Below are positions 35,778-45,856 of a DNA stretch of 64,000 bases, piece by piece (position 1 is the stretch's first letter; every line of letters starts with the position of its first letter). The translations under genes were made by a program, and so were the position numbers. This DNA comes from Opitutales bacterium. Lineage in GTDB: Bacteria; Verrucomicrobiota; Verrucomicrobiia; Opitutales; UBA2987. The DNA is taken from contig JAJFLU010000048.1 of NCBI GenBank assembly GCA_021772515.1, forward strand, positions 73,224-137,223, written 5' to 3'. Below the pieces are notes generated by a model. It ran no database searches and had not been told where the DNA came from. It was given only the letters and a program-made list of their open reading frames with translations.

Positions 35778-36788
35778 ATGCCGGATACGGAAATAGTTAT
35801 AATTCAGAGCCTTTTGAGAGGGGCAAATGAATTTGTATCCGGCCGGTGTATTGCCGAGAAACTGGGCATTTCGCGGGTTGCTGTATGGGCCCGGTTGGAG
35901 AAGTTAAAGGAGGCGGGTTTTATTTTTGAAGCGGTCCGCCACAAAGGCTACCGGCTGATAGAGGAGCCGCCCGAGCTCTACGGCCCTTTGCTGCGAGCCT
36001 ACCTAGGTCTGCACGAATGCGAGGTGAATATCCTTTGTTTCCCGGAAATTGACAGCACAAACAGCGAGGCCGAAAGGCAGATAGCCGACGGGAGAAAAAC
36101 CCCTTTCGCAGTGCTCTCCTCCTGCCAACGCCGGGGCCGAGGCCGCCAAGGTCGCCGGTGGCATAGCCCGGAGGAGGGAAACCTTTATCTCAGTCTGGCC
36201 TTTCAACCTCAAATGTCACCCCGCGACATGCAGCTATTCACCTTGTGGATGGGTGTGCGCCTTTGTCGCTATCTCAAGGAATTCTGTGGTCTGCCCCTAT
36301 CCTTAAAATGGCCCAATGATCTTGTTCTGGATGGAAAAAAAGTCGGCGGTATCCTGACCGAGGCCCGAATAGACTCGGATTCCACCCGCGATCTTATTTT
36401 CGGTTTCGGACTCAATGTAAATGGCCGGTGTGAAGATTGGCCGGAGTCAATTGCCCGCGGAGCGACATCCCTGGCGAATGTTAAAGGAGAGCGAATCCCG
36501 ATCAATCCACTGGCCGCTCGCCTGATAAAAATCGCCCTGAACGCCTATGAGGATTTTTGCCGGGGATTTGCTCTCGAGGAGTTTATGACGCTCTGGGAGC
36601 GATTCGATTTTCTGAAAGGAAAGAACGTAAGGGCCCGAGGGAAAAAAGGAGCCATTTGCGGAGTCGCCGAGGGGATCGCTGAAGATGGCGCCCTGCGCCT
36701 TCGCACCGAGGATGGGAATATGGAAACTTTATGGGCAGGGGAAGTCAGCCTGGGCACGGCGGAAACTTTTGTTCCCGAAATCGCATGA
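35778..36788 (+). CDS. birA: Bifunctional biotin-[acetyl-CoA-carboxylase] ligase / biotin operon repressor
   Basis: N-terminal HTH (ISRVAVWARLEKLKEAGF) and the ligase signature GRGRQGRRW. ATG 35778 preferred. Confidence 0.9.
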   Translation: MPDTEIVIIQSLLRGANEFVSGRCIAEKLGISRVAVWARLEKLKEAGFIFEAVRHKGYRLIEEPPELYGPLLRAYLGLHECEVNILCFPEIDSTNSEAERQIADGRKTPFAVLSSCQRRGRGRQGRRWHSPEEGNLYLSLAFQPQMSPRDMQLFTLWMGVRLCRYLKEFCGLPLSLKWPNDLVLDGKKVGGILTEARIDSDSTRDLIFGFGLNVNGRCEDWPESIARGATSLANVKGERIPINPLAARLIKIALNAYEDFCRGFALEEFMTLWERFDFLKGKNVRARGKKGAICGVAEGIAEDGALRLRTEDGNMETLWAGEVSLGTAETFVPEIA

Positions 36789-37558
36789 GTGTTCTGTGTG
36801 TAAATATCAATAATACCAATACCCAATATGGATTGGTAAGCGCCGAAATCCTGGCTGAGGATGGGTTTTTCGGCACCCAGTTTCTTGATGATGCCCAATC
36901 GGGGATCTTGCCAGTTTTGCAAAAACATGGAGGCACGGATTCAGCGGTGGAAGGATTGGCCTTCGGCTCGGTGGTTCCCGCTGCGACCAAAAAATTCCGG
37001 CAACTTTTGCAAAAATCGGGCTGGTCCCTACCCGTTTACCAAATCACCTGCGAAACCTGCCCGTTGAATTTGAATTTTCCTGACGCCCGCGAAATCGGCC
37101 AGGATATTTTAGCCAACGCGGTGGCGGCTGAAAAGTTTTATGGGACCCCGGTAATCGTCATCGACATGGGCACGGCGGTAACCTTCGACATCGTTTCGAG
37201 CAAAGGCTACGAGGGTGGCATTATCGCACCCGGATTGGAGGTAATCACGCGATACCTTCACGAGCGGACGGCTTTGCTGCCGGAGCTGGACCCCAATGAT
37301 TTGATGGTATCGGCCGGAATCGGCAAAACCACTGTAGAGGCCATGAAACTGGGCTGCGCAGTGGGTTTCGAGGGCATGATTCGTGCCCTTTTGGAGCGTG
37401 TTCAACGGGAGTTGAGGGAGCGCGGCGAGGGTCAGGCCAAGGTGGTGGCGACGGGAGGAAGCGCGGGAATGCTGCCACAGACCTGGCTCTCGGATATCGA
37501 ATTTAACCCCCATATAACGTTACTCGGGCTGGCGGAAGCTTTTGTCCGACAAAAATAA
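36785..37558 (+). CDS. coaX: Type III pantothenate kinase
   Basis: MSVLCVNINNTNTQYGL... and IVIDMGTAVTFD, ...GGSAGM (CoaX/Baf motifs). ATGA overlap with the birA stop. Confidence 0.88.
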   Translation: MSVLCVNINNTNTQYGLVSAEILAEDGFFGTQFLDDAQSGILPVLQKHGGTDSAVEGLAFGSVVPAATKKFRQLLQKSGWSLPVYQITCETCPLNLNFPDAREIGQDILANAVAAEKFYGTPVIVIDMGTAVTFDIVSSKGYEGGIIAPGLEVITRYLHERTALLPELDPNDLMVSAGIGKTTVEAMKLGCAVGFEGMIRALLERVQRELRERGEGQAKVVATGGSAGMLPQTWLSDIEFNPHITLLGLAEAFVRQK

Positions 37559-37740
37559 AATAAATTATCGAACATTTTCCTCATATTCGAGTGTCTAAAG
37601 CATTGTGAACATGGTTCAGGCTTACCTGAGCCCCCTTCGCCGCAACCTGCACTTAATTAACTTTTTCGAATTTTCCTGGATAAACCTCCTCTGGCCATGC
37701 CTAAACAAATCTACCAACTGCATCCTCTTCAGACTCATTT

Positions 37741-38754
37741 ATGACCGCTAACGGATTCAGTATCGAGGTGAAAAATCTCACCAAACGCTACCAGCGAACG
37801 ACAGCCATAGAGGATGTCAGTTTCGATGTGAAACATGGTGAAGTGGTGGGTTTTCTGGGACCCAATGGGGCTGGGAAAAGCACTACGATGCGTATTTTAT
37901 GCGGGTTGATACCGGCGACTTCGGGAATTGCCAGAATCGGTGGACTCGCGGTATCGACCCGGATAGATGAGGTCAAACGCTTGATCGGCTACATGCCGGA
38001 GAATAATCCCCTGCCGGAGGACATGAGGGTGAGGGAGTATCTTAGATTTCGGGCCCGACTGAAGGATATTTCGGGCAAAAAACTGAAAAACCGATTGGAG
38101 GAGGTTCTTGACCTTTGTGACTTGAACCGAAAAACGAGCAACAAGGTAATTGGCACTTTATCCAAGGGTTACCGGCAGCGTGTGGGCATCGCCGATGCCA
38201 TAATGGCCGAACCCAGGGTGATCATAATGGATGAGCCGACAATCGGCCTGGACCCTCACCAGATTATCGCGATCAGGGAATTGATCGAGAGCTTTCGAGA
38301 CAAGATGTCGGTTATTATATCGAGCCATGTGCTGGCTGAGGTCGAGCTATCCTGCGATCGGGTAATCATCATCAATCAAGGCCATATCGTGGCAACGGGG
38401 ACCGCCGATACTTTGCGTGAAGAATTTATCAAAAAGATCAAATACAAGTTGAAAATGAAAGGCGGGCTCGGCGGCATGGGAAGGCTGCTCAAGGAAATCG
38501 ATCCGGGAATTACCTGGTCCCCAATGGGAAAGCCCGACGCAGAGGGGTTTTTGAATATTACGATTTCCACTTCATATAGCGAAGATCTCAGTGAGCAGAT
38601 TCTTGAGCGGATTCAAAGCCAGTCGGGCCTCCGTCTCAGAGCCTTCACGCGAGTCGATCCAAGTCTGGAGGATATTTTTCTTTCGGCAACCCGACGCAGT
38701 TGGAAGGAAATCCTGCCGGAGGCAATAGGCAGTGTGGAGGAAGTTCAGCCCTGA
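37741..38754 (+). CDS. ABC transporter ATP-binding protein (GldA-like)
   Basis: Walker A GPNGAGKST, signature LSKGYRQR, Walker B VIIMDEP. C-terminal extra domain. Confidence 0.88.
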   Translation: MTANGFSIEVKNLTKRYQRTTAIEDVSFDVKHGEVVGFLGPNGAGKSTTMRILCGLIPATSGIARIGGLAVSTRIDEVKRLIGYMPENNPLPEDMRVREYLRFRARLKDISGKKLKNRLEEVLDLCDLNRKTSNKVIGTLSKGYRQRVGIADAIMAEPRVIIMDEPTIGLDPHQIIAIRELIESFRDKMSVIISSHVLAEVELSCDRVIIINQGHIVATGTADTLREEFIKKIKYKLKMKGGLGGMGRLLKEIDPGITWSPMGKPDAEGFLNITISTSYSEDLSEQILERIQSQSGLRLRAFTRVDPSLEDIFLSATRRSWKEILPEAIGSVEEVQP

Positions 38755-38774
38755 TTTGGAAAGGGGTTACCGCC

Positions 38775-39530
38775 ATGAAACATTTTTTCAGTCTGTTGCA
38801 TCACGAATTGAGGGCGCTTTTGATCGCACCTTCGACCTATGCTGCGGGAGTGCTTTTCTTATTTTTGATGGGGTGGATTTACTGGCGAATACTCCTCCAA
38901 TACAGCATCGAGCCACAGGAGGGATTGCCCGCGAGCATGTTTTTCCAGCTTTTCTGGCTGCCCGTTTTTTTCGTGGTGCCCTTGTTGACGATGAAGAGTG
39001 TCGCGGAGGAACGTCGGACCGGCACCCTGGAAACACTCATGACTGCCCCGGTTAGCGCTTTGGAAGTGATTTTGGGGAAATTTTTTGCAGCCTATCTGTT
39101 TTATTGCCTCCTCTGGCTGTTAACCCTGGGCTTCCCCTGGCTCGTGAGTATCACGCTGGATTCTTCTTCCACCAATGGGCTTTTGCTAGATCGCGGGGCA
39201 CTCCTTGGGGGGTATTCTTTTGTCGCCGTGAGCGGGTTGTTATTTATCGCTGTGGGCATATTTTCGAGCAGCCTGACGCGGAGCCAGTTTGTTGCCGGGA
39301 TGCTCAGTTTTTGTATCTTGTTTATCATAATAATCGGGATGCGTGAATTACAGGAAGAAACCATGACTTGGCTGCCCTGGTTTGGAGAGACACTCGAGTA
39401 TATGCAGATTTTCAGGCACCTCGAGGATTTCAGCCTTGGAGTGATCGACACGCGGCCCTTCTTTTTTTATCTGAGCAACAGCGCCTTGGTGCTGGGTATT
39501 TCTGTATTAGTAGTGGAGGCGAAATCGTAA
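38775..39530 (+). CDS. ABC-2 type permease (GldF-like)
   Basis: 251 aa from ATG 38775 with ~6 TMs. ...AEERRTGTLETLMTAP... is the conserved ABC-2 block. Confidence 0.8.
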   Translation: MKHFFSLLHHELRALLIAPSTYAAGVLFLFLMGWIYWRILLQYSIEPQEGLPASMFFQLFWLPVFFVVPLLTMKSVAEERRTGTLETLMTAPVSALEVILGKFFAAYLFYCLLWLLTLGFPWLVSITLDSSSTNGLLLDRGALLGGYSFVAVSGLLFIAVGIFSSSLTRSQFVAGMLSFCILFIIIIGMRELQEETMTWLPWFGETLEYMQIFRHLEDFSLGVIDTRPFFFYLSNSALVLGISVLVVEAKS

Positions 39531-39536
39531 AATCCA

Positions 39537-41021
39537 ATGGCCTTGAGAGAAGATTACAGAGTCGTAAACTGGTATAAGCGCTTTAATCGAGGCGCCCAAA
39601 TACTGCTCGGTATTTTATTGATCACGGGTATAAACTTCATGGCTACCCGGCATTTTGAGAGGTTTGATCTCACCCATAATCACCTTTACTCGCTCTCCCC
39701 CGAAACCAAGGCTGAAATCAAAAAGATGGAGGCTACGGCAAAAGTCATTGTAACACTTTCAAACGAATCCCCGGAGGAGGATCTGCGTCTGATCAACAAG
39801 TATGTGCGGCGATTGCTGAAGGAGTACGAATATGCCAGTATCGTTGATGGCAAACAGAAGATCGAGGTCGAGTTTGTCGATATTTACAAGGAAATCAAAA
39901 AGGCAGACGCCATCGCACGAACCTATGGGATCGACCAGCCCAACGTAATCTTGTTTACCAGTGGAGACAAGAGGCGGCAGTTGCTGCCCACCGACATCGT
40001 CGAGCTAAGGGAGGGCATCGCATCGGCTTTCAAAGGTGAAAAGGCCTTCACTTCTGCGCTTATGGAAGTAACCGGAAACCGTCGGCAAAAGATTTACTTT
40101 CTGACCGGTCACGGTGAGATGAGTCTGGACGACGTGGACCCAAGGCGGGGGCTCTCACAGTTGAAGCAGCAGTTGCGGGAGAGAAATTTTACGCTCGATA
40201 CCCTGGATTTGGCGCTGGCTCCCGAGGTGCCGGAAGAAGCCGATCTTCTCGTTGTGGCCTCGCCTCAAGGTCCACTCATGGAGCAGGAAGTGGAAAAACT
40301 GCGAAAGTTTCTCGGCGACAGCGCCGGACGCATCATTGTGCTGATCGATCCCTGGCGCAGTCACGGGTTAGGGGATCTCTTCTACGAATGGGGCATACTG
40401 ACCGACGATATGCTGATCGTCGATACGGGCTCGGACTATCAGGATACCAATGGAGATTTACTCATCAGACGGTTCGCAGAGCACCCGATTACTGATATTC
40501 TTTTAAAGAACCAAATTCCCATCATCATGGGGCTTACTCGTCCCGTGCGTTTCGATCTCGGTTCGCCGCTCGATGAGCGATTGAGCACGGTTCAATTAAT
40601 GGCCACCTCGAAGAACAGTTGGGCCGAGAGATCCTACAAACAGGTCAAAAAGCTGGAAGACTTGAAATACGATAAGGAATCTGACCTGTTGGGACCGGTG
40701 AGCATCGCTGCGGTATCCGAGCGCAAGGTATCCTCGAACCTGGGAATCAGCCTTTCCGGCGGACGGCTGGTCACGTTTGGCAATTCCGATATGGTAGCCA
40801 ACCAAAGAATTGGCTCGATTGGAAATTTTATGCTCTTTATGAACACCATCAATTGGTGTTTGGGGCGGGACCGGATGCTGGCCATTCCACCCCGCCCGGT
40901 TGAAAAGTATCAGCTTCCGGTCAGTCGGCTGGAAATGAATACCATCGGGCTGGTCCTGTTAATAATTCCTGGGTTGCTCGCCGTTATGGGAATAGCGGTT
41001 GGGTGGATTCGCCAACATTAA
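39537..41021 (+). CDS. GldG-like ABC-transport auxiliary component
   Basis: 494 aa. N- and C-terminal TMs flank a large periplasmic domain. ...IYFLTGHGE... block. Position after GldA/GldF-like genes. Confidence 0.7.
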   Translation: MALREDYRVVNWYKRFNRGAQILLGILLITGINFMATRHFERFDLTHNHLYSLSPETKAEIKKMEATAKVIVTLSNESPEEDLRLINKYVRRLLKEYEYASIVDGKQKIEVEFVDIYKEIKKADAIARTYGIDQPNVILFTSGDKRRQLLPTDIVELREGIASAFKGEKAFTSALMEVTGNRRQKIYFLTGHGEMSLDDVDPRRGLSQLKQQLRERNFTLDTLDLALAPEVPEEADLLVVASPQGPLMEQEVEKLRKFLGDSAGRIIVLIDPWRSHGLGDLFYEWGILTDDMLIVDTGSDYQDTNGDLLIRRFAEHPITDILLKNQIPIIMGLTRPVRFDLGSPLDERLSTVQLMATSKNSWAERSYKQVKKLEDLKYDKESDLLGPVSIAAVSERKVSSNLGISLSGGRLVTFGNSDMVANQRIGSIGNFMLFMNTINWCLGRDRMLAIPPRPVEKYQLPVSRLEMNTIGLVLLIIPGLLAVMGIAVGWIRQH

Positions 41022-41035
41022 CCAATTTAGAGAAA

Positions 41036-43006
41036 ATGCGCCTCAAATTCACCCTATTGTTGCTGGTCCTGAATATCGTCCTGTTTGGGCTAATATACTA
41101 TCTCGAAACAGGCCCGGCTCCCGAGCTGCCGGGGACGGGTCCGGTTTTGACAGCCGGGCTGGTCGAAAATACCGATTACCTCGAGATCGAGGGAGAAAAC
41201 CTCGATGCGCATTGGGTTTTGAACCGGACTGGCGAACTGTGGCGAATTTCCAGCCCGATCACCTGGGCCGCCAATTTTTATGCGGTCAGTCGGATTCTGA
41301 ATCAACTTCAGTTTCTGGAGAAAGAATCCTCGTTTTCCGTCAGCGAAATTAAAAACGCGGGTCGCTCATTGGAGGATTACGGTCTGGCGCAACCCCGAGC
41401 GGTTCTAACATTGGGCCGGGGCAGGGAAAGAACGAGTCTAAGAATCGGCGAAGCCACCGGAATCGGCGATAGACTCTACATTCTTTCCCCCGATGAGAGC
41501 GAAGTCTATGTCGTCAGTCGGGATTTAATCGAAAGCATATCCATCGAGTTGGAGGAGCTACGGGAATCAAAAGTTTTCAGCATACCACTGTTTGAAGCGC
41601 AATCACTCAGGGTGGTGGTGAGCCCAGGAAATACCATCGTCAGGATCGAAAAGGCGGAGCAAGGCTGGAGATTTCTCACTCCCATCCAAACCGAGGCGGA
41701 TTCGGCGTTAGTAGAAGCCACGCTCAACCAGTTAACGGCAATTCGCGTTTCCGATTTTCACCCGATAGACCTTCCGGTACAAGGGCTGGACGATGCTTCG
41801 ATAACACTACGCGTGACCGTCGAGGGCAACAATCGGAGGCAAACTCTTTGGCTTGGGGGGGGCGGTTTGAACAGTTCCGGGGAGCGTCGGAATTTTGCCA
41901 AATTATCGGATAATTCGACCGTCTTTTCGATCCCTTCCGAACCCTTTGACAATCTGTTGCGAGCACAGGAAACGCTGCGCGAGAAAAATTTCGTGAGGTT
42001 TACTCCGGCTTCGTTGAATGGAATTGAAATCGCAGCGGGGGATTCGCGGGTAACGCTTCAAAAATTCGAGGCCGGGGGGTGGCAGTTACCGACCAAGGAT
42101 TCATCCGGCGCTCTTGTGGGATGGCCTGCGGAGCCCGAATTGGTGTTTGACCTGATAAACGCTCTGAGGGATCTGGAGGCGGTCAGTTTTCCTAAAAATG
42201 CCCCTGCGGAGGCCGATCTTGATCGGTTTGGGCTGACGGAACCACAAAGACGGGTCACCCTTCGCGCCGCCACTGAGCAAACGCTGCTACTGGGTGATGC
42301 GGATCTCCCGGGGGATTTGATCTATGCCAAGATTGATGCCGAACCTTTTGTTTATCAAGTGCATAAGGATATCATCAGGCATTTGCAGGTTCGGCCTCTG
42401 CACTATCGTTCGAGAATATTCCACAACCAGCCCCAATCGGCAGTTGTGGAGTCCCTTACCCTAACCGACCTTGAGACCGACGAGGTATTGTTTGTTCTGG
42501 AAACGAAAGCAGGCAGTGGCACGCCAGAGAATGATGTGGCCTCTGACTTTTCCGAAGCGCTTTCCCTTTTACCCGATAATGAACGCGAAGCTGCTGAAAT
42601 TCTTTTGCGGTATGCGAGTAAATTCAAGGTGAGATCCTACCTGCGGGACGAGTTTTCTGAAGAATTCAATCTCGGGGACAAGGCCTTTGCCTGGAAAACC
42701 CTTTTGGAAGCGAACATCAACCTTCCGGGGGGGAGCGAGGATCAATTGCGTGCTTACAAGTTCTATTTTACCGAGAGATTAGGCGGCACGACTCAAATCG
42801 GAGGTTCGCCAGATTATGGTCTGGTTTTTGAACTGAACCAGGAGATGATTGATTCGCTCTTTGCCCTCGGTTTTCGCCGGGAAGCCCTGGATGTTGAGGA
42901 TGTGAGGCCGCCGCCGGTCGTATCTGAGCCCGAACCAGAAGTCGAACCGGAAACCCCCACGGGTGATTCACTGGAAACGACTCCCGATGACGGAGATGAT
43001 GAGTAA
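41036..43006 (+). CDS. DUF4340-like membrane-anchored protein with acidic C-terminal tail
   Basis: N-terminal TM (LLLLVLNIVLFGLIYY). Large repeat-like periplasmic body. Canonical position after GldG. The family call is made from architecture and context only. Confidence 0.55.
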   Translation: MRLKFTLLLLVLNIVLFGLIYYLETGPAPELPGTGPVLTAGLVENTDYLEIEGENLDAHWVLNRTGELWRISSPITWAANFYAVSRILNQLQFLEKESSFSVSEIKNAGRSLEDYGLAQPRAVLTLGRGRERTSLRIGEATGIGDRLYILSPDESEVYVVSRDLIESISIELEELRESKVFSIPLFEAQSLRVVVSPGNTIVRIEKAEQGWRFLTPIQTEADSALVEATLNQLTAIRVSDFHPIDLPVQGLDDASITLRVTVEGNNRRQTLWLGGGGLNSSGERRNFAKLSDNSTVFSIPSEPFDNLLRAQETLREKNFVRFTPASLNGIEIAAGDSRVTLQKFEAGGWQLPTKDSSGALVGWPAEPELVFDLINALRDLEAVSFPKNAPAEADLDRFGLTEPQRRVTLRAATEQTLLLGDADLPGDLIYAKIDAEPFVYQVHKDIIRHLQVRPLHYRSRIFHNQPQSAVVESLTLTDLETDEVLFVLETKAGSGTPENDVASDFSEALSLLPDNEREAAEILLRYASKFKVRSYLRDEFSEEFNLGDKAFAWKTLLEANINLPGGSEDQLRAYKFYFTERLGGTTQIGGSPDYGLVFELNQEMIDSLFALGFRREALDVEDVRPPPVVSEPEPEVEPETPTGDSLETTPDDGDDE

Positions 43007-43033
43007 TCCCTGCTTGGGGAAAGTCAGCTAAGA

Positions 43034-45856
43034 ATGATCCTCAACTTGAAAAGGAAGATTTCCCGGAGGAGTCTGATCTTTTACTTCATCTGCCTCTACA
43101 GCCTCAATGCCGTGCTGCTTTTTTTGGTGATTGGGCAGGGGATATTAGCCGGATTTCTGGTGGCGCAGAAAGAGATTCCGGTGCCGCAGTTTGTCCTCAA
43201 AAATCTGGAGAAAAACCTGGCCGATTACGGTCTTTACGCACGAGCGGAGCATTTGAGTTTCGACCTTCGAGGACGAATTTTTGCCCATCGGCTTAAATTT
43301 TTCAAGGGTGGGACGGGAGATCTGTTGGGCCAAGTCGAATCCTTTCAAATGACGCTCGATATACCCTTGCTTCTGTTGAAAAAAGTGAGCGTGGACTCGA
43401 TGAAATTTCAAAACGGGAGCCTCTTTTGCCCCGCCTTTTATTCAAATAGCGGGGTTAGCGAAAAATTGGCCGAAAAAATCCACGGTCAATTCAAACGCGC
43501 CTATAATGACTGGGAAATTGAAAGATTTGATTTAAAGATTCACAACCTGCAGACCCATACGAGCGGAATCTGGCCCCGGGCTGGTTTTTCACTGCCGGTG
43601 GAGCCGACTGTGCAGCCCGCATTTCGGCCGAGTTCGCTCGAACGCTATCTTGCTCTCTGTCGAGATGCCCTGGAAATGAAGGCAAAGTTCCAATCTCTGG
43701 AACAACCGATTGCCAAAATTCGACTCACTTTCGCCAAAGGAGAGCCGCCGGAAGCCAGGGTGAAGCTGAGTGGAAATTCCTTTCAGGGGCCGGAGAAATT
43801 GAAAAGTGGGGTTTTCCAGGTAGAATTTCCCCGAATCCGCTTACCAAGTCTAAATATGGTTGAGCCAATAGGCGTTCAGGCCGGTTTCGTCGATTGGGAA
43901 AATCGGCTTAGGGCAAGGGATTTGGAAGCTCGATTGGCGACTGGGTCTCTTAATGATCTGCTGGCCGCCCAAGTGAAAAACCTGCAATTTTCGGCAGCAA
44001 GCCTCCAAATTGAAGGCATCAATTTGGAGGGGATTGGAGGGGAAGCCCTCGCCGACACGTTTCCAAGGGTTAGCGGGTCGGTTAAGGCTTTGGCCCAGAA
44101 CCAGCTCTTACGAGTAACGGGCGATTTCGATCTAAAAAATTTAAGCGGACGACTCGATGTCGATTCGAGGGCGGAAATCACCGAAAAGATCAAGGCTGCC
44201 TTGACCAGCCAATTGGATACCGCTGCGGTTGCCGTTTTGGAACAATTGGTTCTTTCCTCCGCTCCCCGTCTTCGGGCTTCCTGCTGGTTCGGGCGAGGAT
44301 TTGTTTTTGAGAAAGCGGATTTTGAGGTGGCAACCGGGCCATTTTCCTTCGGCGGGGTTGATTTTTTGCGAATTACGGTCCGGGGAGAGGCCACACCCCG
44401 GCTAATCAGCTTTGACGAAATTGGATTGGAAAAACCGGATGAGCGAGTGGCAGGATCCCTTGATGTCAATTTGATACAAGGCGACTATCGATTACTTTTA
44501 ACGGGAAAAGGGTTCCCGATTCCCCTGAACCCGATCATGCCGGATTGGTGGGATAATATCTGGAAAAAAATGGAATTTTCGGGCCATCCGATCGTGGCCG
44601 ATCTGGAGGCGCGGGCCAATTGGAAGACGGGCAGGCTCGGTTTTTATTTCGGCGGTTATTCAGGAAAGGAGATCACTTTCCAATCCGCAAAATTCGATAC
44701 CTTCGATCTCAAAAGCTGGTCCCAGCCCGGATTTATTGAAATTTACGACCTTAATGCGACTCGACCCGAAGGGGAAGCGGTCGGCACGGTGGCATGGGTT
44801 TTTCTCGGGAAACACGCCATCTCCCAAGTATTGGACCTTGAAGCGAATATCGACATCGAACCGCTTTCCGGTCTGCTTGGGCCGGGTGTGGCCAAGGTAG
44901 TTGAGGACTTCGAAGTATCGGAGCCACCGGACCTCCATCTGGTCGGGAATCTTTACTATCCCAACGCGCCTTGGCCAAACCTGCGGGACATCCACCTGCA
45001 AGCCAGAGCCCAAACCGCCCTCTCCTATCAGGATTACCCTCTCGATTATCTGAACTTTGAAGGACGCCTGACGGATGATCGTTTTGATATGGAACGGGTC
45101 GGATTCGGATTTGCCGGCGGAAACGGGACCGGTCAGCTTTCGTGGCAGGACAAGGAGCCATTGGACCAGTTGAACCTGGATTTGCATTTGAAAGAGGCTG
45201 ATCCCAAACTGGCATTTGAAACCCTTGGCTGGCTTCCGATTGAAGAGGTTTTGACCGAAGCCAGCACCGATAATCCGACAGAGGAGCCGAAATCGATTTC
45301 CAGCGGTCTCCTTGATGTTGAATTAAATGCCACCGGTGTGCCGGGGGATTTCCTGAGCTTTAAAGGATTGGGAAATCTGACGGTGACCAAGGCGGAACTG
45401 GGACGGGTGCATCTTTTCGGCGGACTTTCTCGCGCCCTTTATGGAACGTGGGTTGATTTTACCACCCTCAAACTCGATTCCGCAGAGGGCCAGTTTTTTT
45501 TAAACGAGGATATCATACAATTTTCGGAAGTGAGCGTCTCTGGCCCCGGTTCGCTGATTCGGGCGAACGGAGAAATTATCATGCCGGACCGTGGGCTCGA
45601 TTTCAAGGTGAGGGTCCATTTTTTCGAAAAAGGAGGGGCATCCCTGTTATCCATTTTGGGACCGATATTGAAACCATTTGAAAATGCGCTTGAATTACGG
45701 CTTCGAGGCACAATTGATGAACCCAAATGGCGTTTTCAAATCGACCCCCGAAACGTATTCAGCAGCCCGGTTACGCAGCGTTCTATATCCGAGGAGGAAA
45801 AAGGAAAAGATCTGCGCCTGCCCCCTATTCCAGCAACCGGGGTAGAACCAGAGTGA
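43034..45856 (+). CDS. Large AsmA/TamB/YhdP-like membrane-anchored protein
   Basis: 940 aa. N-terminal TM. The C-terminal block ...LIRANGEIIMPDRGLDFKVRVHF...LELRLRGTIDEPKWRF resembles the AsmA-like C-terminal region. Confidence 0.5.
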   Translation: MILNLKRKISRRSLIFYFICLYSLNAVLLFLVIGQGILAGFLVAQKEIPVPQFVLKNLEKNLADYGLYARAEHLSFDLRGRIFAHRLKFFKGGTGDLLGQVESFQMTLDIPLLLLKKVSVDSMKFQNGSLFCPAFYSNSGVSEKLAEKIHGQFKRAYNDWEIERFDLKIHNLQTHTSGIWPRAGFSLPVEPTVQPAFRPSSLERYLALCRDALEMKAKFQSLEQPIAKIRLTFAKGEPPEARVKLSGNSFQGPEKLKSGVFQVEFPRIRLPSLNMVEPIGVQAGFVDWENRLRARDLEARLATGSLNDLLAAQVKNLQFSAASLQIEGINLEGIGGEALADTFPRVSGSVKALAQNQLLRVTGDFDLKNLSGRLDVDSRAEITEKIKAALTSQLDTAAVAVLEQLVLSSAPRLRASCWFGRGFVFEKADFEVATGPFSFGGVDFLRITVRGEATPRLISFDEIGLEKPDERVAGSLDVNLIQGDYRLLLTGKGFPIPLNPIMPDWWDNIWKKMEFSGHPIVADLEARANWKTGRLGFYFGGYSGKEITFQSAKFDTFDLKSWSQPGFIEIYDLNATRPEGEAVGTVAWVFLGKHAISQVLDLEANIDIEPLSGLLGPGVAKVVEDFEVSEPPDLHLVGNLYYPNAPWPNLRDIHLQARAQTALSYQDYPLDYLNFEGRLTDDRFDMERVGFGFAGGNGTGQLSWQDKEPLDQLNLDLHLKEADPKLAFETLGWLPIEEVLTEASTDNPTEEPKSISSGLLDVELNATGVPGDFLSFKGLGNLTVTKAELGRVHLFGGLSRALYGTWVDFTTLKLDSAEGQFFLNEDIIQFSEVSVSGPGSLIRANGEIIMPDRGLDFKVRVHFFEKGGASLLSILGPILKPFENALELRLRGTIDEPKWRFQIDPRNVFSSPVTQRSISEEEKGKDLRLPPIPATGVEPE

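Noticed and set aside
45825-45856. 32-nt convergent overlap between the AsmA-like gene and the TRAP permease gene ends as a possible regulatory antisense arrangement
   Set aside because: Both C-terminal tails are non-conserved low-information sequence. Short convergent overlaps are common and need no special explanation.
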